Part shown: in pieces, positions 36,709 to 44,621 of the stretch | Position numbering within the stretch: the first letter of the stretch is position 1 | Layout: every line of letters begins with the position of its first letter | Assembly: GCA_951812525.1 (NCBI GenBank) | Contig: OX638316.1 | Coordinates: forward strand, 1,706,630 to 1,770,629 | DNA: 64,000 nucleotides | Source of the DNA: an uncultured Poribacteria bacterium | GTDB taxonomy: Bacteria > Poribacteria > WGA-4E > WGA-3G | Direction: 5' to 3' | Notes under the pieces: generated by a model | Told to the model about the DNA's origin: nothing | Seen by the model: the letters and a program-made list of their open reading frames with translations, nothing else | Databases searched by the model: none | Made by a program: the position numbers and the translations under genes

Positions 36709-38946
36709 ATGGGCGAACAACAAGGGAGTCTTGAGTTTTTCTCAAGTGGATCTATCTTAGGTTTGGGACTGGTTGTCATTGTTGTAGCGGGTATATTGTG
36801 CTGGCTGGCGTGGCAGCGCAGCGGTTATAGTGTGAAGACCGGCGGGCTTGAGTTGCTGCGCTTTGTGTTGATCTGCTTGGTTGTTATAACCCTGAATCAA
36901 CCTGAATGGCTGCAAACGCAATTGCCGGATCAGCGTTCTACCCTTGCCGTGCTTTGGGACAAATCTAACAGCATGAAGACACGGGATGTGGTTGACGCGC
37001 AGGACATCTCTACCGAACCCAAGAGCCGTGCTGAGACAATTCTGCCCTTGATGTCTGAAGGTATTTGGAAACCTTCGGAGGTCGGCGATCTCAATGTGGT
37101 GTTTGAACCGTTCTCTTCGCACTTGGATCCAGCGGAGGAAGCGACAGATTTGAACGCTGGACTGTCGCATGTTTTAGACGCTCACGCCAGCCTTCGCGGT
37201 GTCGTATTATTGTCGGACGGTGATTGGAACGTCGGGAACTCACCCGTTGAAGCGGCTACGAAATTTCGGATGAAAGGAGTTCCGGTTTTCACAGTCGGCG
37301 TGGGCAGTGAAGTGCCATTACCTGATTTGGAAGTGGTTAGCGTAGATGTGCCGACGTATGCGGTTGCAAACAAGCAACTTCGCATCCCGTTCGTTGTTCG
37401 TAGCACTTTGGGGCAGGACCGGGACGTGAGTGTTACCTTGAGTGTCAATCAGAAACCGGAGCATAGTAAGGTCGTCCGTGTTCCTGCGATGAGCCAGGCG
37501 CAAGACAACATGGTTTGGACCCCGCCAGCAACTGGTAATTATACGCTAACAGTCCGTATTCCGCGGGATACACAGGAGTTGATCCCTGAGAACAATGAAA
37601 TTTCCGTACCAATATCAGTGCGTCAAGAACAGTTGAAAGTGCTTGTTATCGAATCCTACCCGCGGTGGGAGTATCGGTATCTACGCAATGCGTTGGAACG
37701 GGATCCGGGTGTCGAATTAACAACCTTGCTCTTTCATCCCGAATTGCCCGATGTCGGTGGTGGTCGCGGTTACATTAATAGTTTTCCGACCACAAACGCA
37801 CTGAACCGCTATGATGTGGTGTTTCTTGGTGACGTTGGTATCGGACAAGAGCAGAATTATGCCGAACGAGATGATTTATCTTCATTGACGTACCAACAAG
37901 CGCAAGACTTGCGACAGCTTGTCAGCGCACAGGCTTCGGGGCTCGTGTTTATGCCTGGACGGACTGGGATGCATGATTCGTTGATGTCGAGTCCGCTGGC
38001 TGATCTTTATCCCGTTGTTTTGGACGCTACGGCCGCTAATGGCGTTGGTTCAAGCACACGGGGGTATTTCTCGCTGACACAATTGGGGCGACGAAGTTTA
38101 TTGACGCGTCTCGCCGGGACCGACGAGGGTAACAGCGAGGTGTGGCGCACGTTACCGGGCTTTTATTGGTACGCCGGTGTCAAACGCGCCAAGGTCGGTA
38201 CGGAAACTTTGGCAGTACACGATCAGGCGACGACGGGTTCTGGTCGGGTACCGCTCATCGTGACCAAGACCTACGGTGCCGGTAAAGTATTGTTCATGGG
38301 AACCGATAGTGCATGGCGTTGGCGGCAAGGCGTTGAGGACAAATATCATTACCGTTTCTGGAGTCAAGTGGCGCGGTGGATGGCGTATCGACGGCAGATG
38401 GCGCATGGGGAATCGATGCGGTTGTTTTATTCCCCAGACCGACCACACGTTGATGATGTATTGGCATTAAATGCCAATGTGAATGATCCGTTGGGCGGTC
38501 CGTTGGAAAGAGGTACGGTTATTGTACAGGCGATTTCACCATCAGGCAAAACGCAGACAATCCGACTGCAGCCGGGCGAAGGGGATGCGGCGGGCTTGTT
38601 CACTGGCTCGTTTGTGCCGAAGGAAGCTGGGAACTACCGGCTTGTTGCCAGCAGCACTGAGACGGGTGGTTCGGTAGAAACCGATCTGTCGGTTCAGGGC
38701 TTGAATCGGGAGCAGCAAGGACGTTTGGCACGTTTCGATGTCTTAGAGGAGATCGCCCAAATTACCGATGGCAAATTGGTGTCTGTCTCTGAGGTCTCAA
38801 CTCTATTGGATTATCTCGCAGCCTTGCCAAAGCCTGAAGCGACGGTGCATCGCACACGAATTTGGGCGCATCCACTTTGGGCAGGACTTCTTATTTTCCT
38901 TCTTGGGGTGTTCTGGATTGCAAGGAAAATGACAGGGGCGGTGTAG
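36709..38946 (+). CDS. Membrane protein with a vWA-like/GATase1-like domain, BatB-like partner
   Basis: 745 aa with N- and C-terminal transmembrane helices. VVLLSDGDWN and the ESYPRWEYRYLRNAL motif are seen in Bat-type operons. It starts 2 nt after the previous stop. Confidence 0.6.
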   Translation: MGEQQGSLEFFSSGSILGLGLVVIVVAGILCWLAWQRSGYSVKTGGLELLRFVLICLVVITLNQPEWLQTQLPDQRSTLAVLWDKSNSMKTRDVVDAQDISTEPKSRAETILPLMSEGIWKPSEVGDLNVVFEPFSSHLDPAEEATDLNAGLSHVLDAHASLRGVVLLSDGDWNVGNSPVEAATKFRMKGVPVFTVGVGSEVPLPDLEVVSVDVPTYAVANKQLRIPFVVRSTLGQDRDVSVTLSVNQKPEHSKVVRVPAMSQAQDNMVWTPPATGNYTLTVRIPRDTQELIPENNEISVPISVRQEQLKVLVIESYPRWEYRYLRNALERDPGVELTTLLFHPELPDVGGGRGYINSFPTTNALNRYDVVFLGDVGIGQEQNYAERDDLSSLTYQQAQDLRQLVSAQASGLVFMPGRTGMHDSLMSSPLADLYPVVLDATAANGVGSSTRGYFSLTQLGRRSLLTRLAGTDEGNSEVWRTLPGFYWYAGVKRAKVGTETLAVHDQATTGSGRVPLIVTKTYGAGKVLFMGTDSAWRWRQGVEDKYHYRFWSQVARWMAYRRQMAHGESMRLFYSPDRPHVDDVLALNANVNDPLGGPLERGTVIVQAISPSGKTQTIRLQPGEGDAAGLFTGSFVPKEAGNYRLVASSTETGGSVETDLSVQGLNREQQGRLARFDVLEEIAQITDGKLVSVSEVSTLLDYLAALPKPEATVHRTRIWAHPLWAGLLIFLLGVFWIARKMTGAV

Positions 38947-38981
38947 CAGTCGGAAACCATCAGCAGTCAGTTGTCAGACAG
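38947..38981 (+). repeat. TCAG-heptad tract
   Basis: cagtcggaaaccaTCAGCAGTCAGTTGTCAGACAg lies directly after the TAG stop at 38944-38946. Confidence 0.6.
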
Positions 38982-39011
38982 AGAGGACGTTGTGATTGAA
39001 GGAGACGTTTG

Positions 39012-42000
39012 ATGAATCGAACAGAGACAAGATCGCAATCAGAAAAAGACGGCGTTAACCTGCCTACGCGGATGAAAGCGGCACTCGAACAGTATCAAAA
39101 ACGGGTGTGGGTGATTAAACTCGCTGAAGGTGCGCTGGCGGGAATTTTTGGTATCCTTATTTCATATATCATTGTATTCTGCTTGGACCGTGTGTTTGAT
39201 ACGCCTTCACTTTTCCGCTTGCTCATTCTCGTGGTTGGCATGGTTGGAATGGTGTTTCTCTTGCCATTAAAGTACTACAATTGGGTTTGGAAACACCGGC
39301 ACTTAGAGGGTGTCGCTCGGTTGTTGCAGCACAAGTTTCCACGTTTTGGGGATCACGTACTCGGCATCGTGGAATTGGCGCGTGATAGAGGCGATGGATC
39401 CTCAAGTCCAGCTTTGGTTGAGGCAGCCATGCGTCAGGTTGATGCCGAGGTCGCAAGGCATAATTTAGCCGATGCGGTTCCCGATCCGCGGCACCGTCGT
39501 TGGGCGTGGACGGTAACGCTACCGTTGGTGCTGGTGGTGATCGGAGCCGTTGTAATACCCGCACCGAGTCGGAACGCTGTTGCTCGTTGGTTGACCCCGT
39601 GGCGTGACGTAGCACGTTACACCTTTGCGCAATTGGACGGTGAATCGAAGCTACGCGTAGTGCCGTATGCCGAACCCTTTGATGTCGAAGCGAACCTAAA
39701 AAGTAATTCGCCGTGGAAACCTGAGTCTGGATCAGCACAGTACGCCGATCAGGTACCCGTGGTGGTTGAGCGGGAAGGTACAGCCTATCGATTCCAGTTA
39801 CCACCACAGACGGAGAATGGGAGCGTTACACTTCGGGTAGGGGACACCAAGCGTTCTATCTCGGTTGAGCCCAAGTTGCGTCCTGCACTGACCGAATTGA
39901 TCGCGAAAGTGGAATTGCCTGCCTATTTGCAACGTAGTGAGTTACAGGTGGAAGATGTGCGAGGCGGAACGCTTAGTTTGTTAAGGGGTAGCACCGCTGT
40001 TTTGGAAGCTGCTGCGACACGAGAACTCGCAGAAGCGGCTTTGAACGGTCATCCACAACGCGTTAGTGGTGCTCGTATGACTACCAATCCCATCAGTGTA
40101 GAGAAGCAGACTGAACTCCAGCTGACATGGCGCGATCACTTTGGTCTCGTTGCGCGTGAACCGCAAGTGCTGCAGTTGGAGGTACAAGAAGATGAACCCC
40201 CGACGGTTAGTTTCAGTAAACTAAAGAATAATCAGGTCATCCTTTCCAGTGAGGTGCTCACTTTTGAGATTCAGGCAGGGGACGACTTCGGCGTAAAGCG
40301 AGTGGGTTTGGAATGGGAAGGTATTGCTAATCCGATTCACAATCCGGAACCTACGAGTGGCGAGAAAACGGTATCCGCTGGCACCCCTACCGCCGATGTT
40401 ATGAAGGTTGCTGCCACATTCTCTGCTGAGCGTGAAAACGTACGTCCGCAGAGTTTACGCTTGCGCGCCTTTGCCGAGGATTATCTACCGGGTCGCGAGC
40501 GCGTCCGTTCACCCGACCTCGTGCTACATGTGCTGACACCAGCAGAACATTTCAAATGGTTGGTCGGACAGATGGAACTTTGGATGGGTGCGGCACAGGA
40601 GGTGCACGACAAGGAAATGCAGTTACACCAAACAAATCGCGAGCTGCGAGACCTACCACCCGAAGCCCTTGATGATCCTGCGCAGCGCAGGAAAATACAG
40701 AATCAGGCGGCTGCGGAGCGTGCCAATGCGGCAAGGCTTGAGAGTTTAATTCAGCTTGGGGAAGGGTTGGTACAAGAAGCTGCAAAGAACGAAGGATTCA
40801 ATCCCGATCGGCTTGAATCGTGGGCGGAGATCCTTGAGAAGTTAGAAGAAATCGCAGGACAAAGAATGCCTTCTGTCGCCGATTTGCTCGCCCAAGCCGC
40901 TGATGCACCCGGACAGCGTAGCGGTCAGGAGACGGAAACCGTCAGCAGTCAGCAAGCTGATGTTTCTCCAGCAGCGGGTGGTCAACAGCCTGTAGCCGAT
41001 AGCGGTTTGGAAAAGGTGGAGAAGTATGGACCCGATAGCAAGAAGCCTTCGGGAGCGTTAGACGAAATTCCGGATGACCCGAATACACCTAGCGCAGGTG
41101 TTAGCGTGCATCGAAGCAAACAGCCTGACGGTCCGCCTGGTTATGCGCCAGCCAATCCTACACCTCGTGTCAGTGATGTTGAATCGGGTTTCAATGAGAG
41201 TGAAAAGGCGGGGCAGGCAGCACAAGTCGTCGGTGGTCTCGGAATCCCAACGACTACGCTCATGGGGAGTGGTAGAAAGAATGAAGATGAGGAAGAGACA
41301 TCGGCTTCTCAGACAGCGGGGCTTGTGCTACAAGCGGTCAAAGAACAGCAGGAATTACTGGATGCCTTTGCCGAGTTGGCAAGTGAAATGAACAAATTGC
41401 TTACCAGTTTTGAAAACAGCACGTTCGTGAAACGCTTGAAAGCGGCATCGCGGCGGCAAATTGACATCGCGACAGACCTGAACAGTCTAGATGGCTTCGG
41501 TCTTGCGGGCACTGCTGTGGAAGATCCCTCCGATCTGAACCGTTTGACAGAACAGGAGACTGCTGAGTCGGAGATCACGACTACACTCCTGCAGGACATG
41601 GCTGCTTATGCGGATCGGCGACCCTCTGAGGGTTTATCGCGTGTTTTGGCAGAGATGCAAGACGCTGCCCTTCCAAGCCAAATACGGGACATCGCCGAAG
41701 CGATTACTGCCAATTTTGTCGGTGAATCAACTATTGGTGCCGAGTTCTGGGCGGATACATTGGATCGATGGGCGGAACAGTTGGTCGATCCGCTGGCTGA
41801 CGGGGCAGTCCCTGCGGACATGGGAATGATTCCGCTGCCAAACCTACCGCCGGAAATCGTTGTGGAGGTGATGCGCATCATCAATCGCGAGATCCAATTG
41901 CGGGAAGAGACACGGGAACTTGAGCAGGCAAAGGAAGCACTCAGCACTGATGAATACAGTGAGCGGAGCATGGCGTTATACGATACCCAAATCACGCTCA

Positions 42001-42407
42001 CTGAGGATACCCACGAGGTGAAAACCCAAATTAGCCTTTTGCCTGACGCTCACAAACACTTTATCCAGCAACAACTTGCGAAGGTAAGTCGAGCGGCAGA
42101 GGTTATGGAGGAGGTAGAAGAGATCCTTGCCGAACCGAATACCGGTCCCAAGGCGATTGCAGCGATAACGGAAGTGATCGAAATTTTGCTTCAAGCAGCG
42201 CGTGTGCCGAATGCGCCGATGATAACAAACGCGTCATCAGCCTCTGCTTCTGCTTTGATGCGCGTTGGTGTTGGAGACGACAGTGATAGTGCTTTTATCG
42301 AAAGTCGCTCACCGCAGCAAGCAACTGGCAAAGCAGGACGCGTATTACCCGAAGAGTTTCGTCAGGGATTGGACGCTTACTTTGATGCTTTAGAAGGAAA
42401 ACAATAA
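39012..42407 (+). CDS. Large membrane-anchored coiled-coil protein (DUF4175-like)
   Basis: The ATG at 39012 has GAAGGAG 7 nt upstream (the track starts at TTG 39009). It has two N-terminal transmembrane helices, a long charged low-complexity middle and a helical C-terminus. Its position after the BatA-like genes is typical. Confidence 0.5.
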   Translation: MNRTETRSQSEKDGVNLPTRMKAALEQYQKRVWVIKLAEGALAGIFGILISYIIVFCLDRVFDTPSLFRLLILVVGMVGMVFLLPLKYYNWVWKHRHLEGVARLLQHKFPRFGDHVLGIVELARDRGDGSSSPALVEAAMRQVDAEVARHNLADAVPDPRHRRWAWTVTLPLVLVVIGAVVIPAPSRNAVARWLTPWRDVARYTFAQLDGESKLRVVPYAEPFDVEANLKSNSPWKPESGSAQYADQVPVVVEREGTAYRFQLPPQTENGSVTLRVGDTKRSISVEPKLRPALTELIAKVELPAYLQRSELQVEDVRGGTLSLLRGSTAVLEAAATRELAEAALNGHPQRVSGARMTTNPISVEKQTELQLTWRDHFGLVAREPQVLQLEVQEDEPPTVSFSKLKNNQVILSSEVLTFEIQAGDDFGVKRVGLEWEGIANPIHNPEPTSGEKTVSAGTPTADVMKVAATFSAERENVRPQSLRLRAFAEDYLPGRERVRSPDLVLHVLTPAEHFKWLVGQMELWMGAAQEVHDKEMQLHQTNRELRDLPPEALDDPAQRRKIQNQAAAERANAARLESLIQLGEGLVQEAAKNEGFNPDRLESWAEILEKLEEIAGQRMPSVADLLAQAADAPGQRSGQETETVSSQQADVSPAAGGQQPVADSGLEKVEKYGPDSKKPSGALDEIPDDPNTPSAGVSVHRSKQPDGPPGYAPANPTPRVSDVESGFNESEKAGQAAQVVGGLGIPTTTLMGSGRKNEDEEETSASQTAGLVLQAVKEQQELLDAFAELASEMNKLLTSFENSTFVKRLKAASRRQIDIATDLNSLDGFGLAGTAVEDPSDLNRLTEQETAESEITTTLLQDMAAYADRRPSEGLSRVLAEMQDAALPSQIRDIAEAITANFVGESTIGAEFWADTLDRWAEQLVDPLADGAVPADMGMIPLPNLPPEIVVEVMRIINREIQLREETRELEQAKEALSTDEYSERSMALYDTQITLTEDTHEVKTQISLLPDAHKHFIQQQLAKVSRAAEVMEEVEEILAEPNTGPKAIAAITEVIEILLQAARVPNAPMITNASSASASALMRVGVGDDSDSAFIESRSPQQATGKAGRVLPEEFRQGLDAYFDALEGKQ

Positions 42408-42443
42408 ACGAATGCGTGCCGTAAAAAAGAGAAGGAGAAATTG

Positions 42444-43391
42444 ATGACAGATAACCCAAAAGATGCTATTCCATTTGAGGTGTTTGCCAGCTTCAAGCGA
42501 ATTGAGACAGGCAATCCAATCATTTCCTTGGAACCACCGCTCTGGGCGGCAGCGACCCATGCCATTATCGTTGATGAGACGGTACACTACATCTGGTGCA
42601 AACGTGATCTTGGCGTTCGTTGGCTGATAATGCACGCCACAGCACCTGTTGGTGATCTCACCGATATCGCGCAGGATGCGCGTAACCCTATTGTTGAACC
42701 GTCGGTGGACGGTTTCGATGATGCAGCCGTTGAATACCCGTTTCCGTTCCTAAATCCTGCTGATGGCAAGTACTACATGTACTATCGGGGTAAAGGGAAA
42801 ACGACACCTGAACAGACGGGTTTGCTTGTGAGCGATGGAGACCTTGGTGAGTGGCGGCGCGTCCGACGTACGCCTGTCATTCCTGCGGATACCGAACATG
42901 AACGGCACGGCTCAACGCACCCGTCGGTTGCCCTGGAAGGCGACACAATTCACATTGTTTATACTGCGAAGGCGACAGCGTCATTCGGAGAAGGATTGAC
43001 GATGTGTCATGCCACAGCACCGACGAGCGATCCTGCGTCGGTTACAAAGAATCCTGCCAATCCTGTTTTCACGGGTAGCGGTCAGGCGTGGGATAGTCGC
43101 TCCGTTCGTGAAACGGAATTGTTCAAAGATTCAGAATACTTCCATATTCTCTATGGTGGATTCGACGGTGAAGTCTGGCGGATCGGACATGTAAGGACTC
43201 GTGATTTCCACACCTTCGAGCCGAACCCTTACAATCCTATATTTAGCCCGTCGGACGACCCAGATGCGTTTGATTGCGATAGTGTGCTGACAGGTCAGAT
43301 CGTTGAGATTGGTAATACATACGTTATGCTCTACGCAGGCAAGAAGGGTCAGGAATGGCAGACGGGTTTGGCTACAATTCAGGAGGATTAG
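42444..43391 (+). CDS. Cytoplasmic beta-propeller protein, glycoside hydrolase (GH43/GH130-like) fold suspected
   Basis: 315 aa with no signal peptide. Motifs such as VEYPFPFLNPADGKYYMYYRG and repeated YxG/W blades suggest a 5-bladed propeller. This assignment is weak. Confidence 0.35.
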   Translation: MTDNPKDAIPFEVFASFKRIETGNPIISLEPPLWAAATHAIIVDETVHYIWCKRDLGVRWLIMHATAPVGDLTDIAQDARNPIVEPSVDGFDDAAVEYPFPFLNPADGKYYMYYRGKGKTTPEQTGLLVSDGDLGEWRRVRRTPVIPADTEHERHGSTHPSVALEGDTIHIVYTAKATASFGEGLTMCHATAPTSDPASVTKNPANPVFTGSGQAWDSRSVRETELFKDSEYFHILYGGFDGEVWRIGHVRTRDFHTFEPNPYNPIFSPSDDPDAFDCDSVLTGQIVEIGNTYVMLYAGKKGQEWQTGLATIQED

Positions 43392-43450
43392 ATGCATCGT
43401 TGGCAGTAGGGTGAATTTGAACGTGTGTTCAACAAGGAATTGCGGAGAGA

Positions 43451-44563
43451 ATGGTAATGATGAAATATAGAGGAATTATAAGTTTCTGGAGAAATAGACC
43501 CACACTCACTGTTGGGTTTTCCAGTTTCCTGATGCTGCTGGTCGCGTTTCCAATTGCGTCGGCTTATGCACAGGACCCCACTATCCGTTACGGCGAGGGT
43601 GTGCCGCCGGCAGTTCGCATTATCAATGACAGAGGTTTGCGCTATCTCGCGGACACGCAGGCAGAAGACGGGAGTTGGGTGGGAACAACGAGTGGATCCG
43701 GCGTAACGGGGATCTGTATCATGGCATTGATGGCGAGTGGCGAAGATCCGGACTTCGGTCCTTATGCTACTAACATCCGTAAAGCCTTACGCAATATTAT
43801 TGCGAATCAAAATGCCAGAACCGGATACGTCGGTGGGTACTCGGGCGCGCACGGGTCAATGTATCACCACGGTTTTGCATTGTTAGCATTGTCTGAGGCG
43901 TATGGTGTGGTGAGTGAACGACTGCTTTGGAAGGGAAGTGACATTCCCTCAGAACAACGGCGTACGCTCGGTCAGGCGTTGGAACTGGCGGTGCGTGCTA
44001 CGTTGACTGCGCAAGAGAAGAATCCATGGGGTGCTTGGCGTTACTCACCGGAGTCCCGAGATGCTGACACAACCGTGGCTGGAACCGTGTTGATGGGTCT
44101 ACTCGGTGCCCGAAACGCTGGCATTGAAGTTCCGAATGATGCTATCGACAAGGCAATGAGTTTTTTCCAGAGCCACACGATGCAAGATGGAAGCATAGTG
44201 TATCAGATGGCGAGGAATTTTGGCGATGGACTCACTCGAACAGCGATCGGCACGCTGGTTTATGCGATTGCGAAAAGGAAGGATGCTCCTGAGTACAAAG
44301 CTGCTTCCGAGTTTATCAAGCGTCGAATTGATCATCGTGGGAGTCGGTATCCGTACTACCATCTTTACTATATGGCTCAGGCACTGTTTCAAAGCGACTT
44401 TGAGGCGTGGAAGGCTTGGAATCGACAAACCATTGAGCGACTCCAAAGAATGCAGTCGGACAACGGCAGTTTCGGAAGTTCACATGGTCCAGCTTATGGG
44501 ACCGGCATGGCTATCCTTGCTCTGGCGTTGAACTATCGTCTCTTACCGATTTATGAAAGGTGA
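43451..44563 (+). CDS. Secreted prenyltransferase/squalene-oxidase repeat (alpha/alpha toroid) protein
   Basis: 370 aa with a signal peptide ending ASAYAQ. Repeated Q/D-x-x-DGSW-type motifs are present (AEDGSWVG, NPWGAWRY, MQDGSIVY, SDNGSFGS). Confidence 0.6.
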   Translation: MVMMKYRGIISFWRNRPTLTVGFSSFLMLLVAFPIASAYAQDPTIRYGEGVPPAVRIINDRGLRYLADTQAEDGSWVGTTSGSGVTGICIMALMASGEDPDFGPYATNIRKALRNIIANQNARTGYVGGYSGAHGSMYHHGFALLALSEAYGVVSERLLWKGSDIPSEQRRTLGQALELAVRATLTAQEKNPWGAWRYSPESRDADTTVAGTVLMGLLGARNAGIEVPNDAIDKAMSFFQSHTMQDGSIVYQMARNFGDGLTRTAIGTLVYAIAKRKDAPEYKAASEFIKRRIDHRGSRYPYYHLYYMAQALFQSDFEAWKAWNRQTIERLQRMQSDNGSFGSSHGPAYGTGMAILALALNYRLLPIYER

Positions 44564-44567
44564 ATGG

Positions 44568-44609
44568 TTGTCAATTATTAGCTATCAGAAACCATCAGCT
44601 GTCAGCGAG
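44568..44609 (+). repeat. TCAG-heptad tract ending in half of the REP hairpin
   Basis: ttgTCAATTATTAGCTATCAGAAACCATCAGCTGTCAGCGAGG. The terminal TCAGCGAGG is identical to the left arm context of REP copy c (reverse complement of 50307-50318). Confidence 0.6.
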
Positions 44610-44621
44610 GGGATTTTAAAG

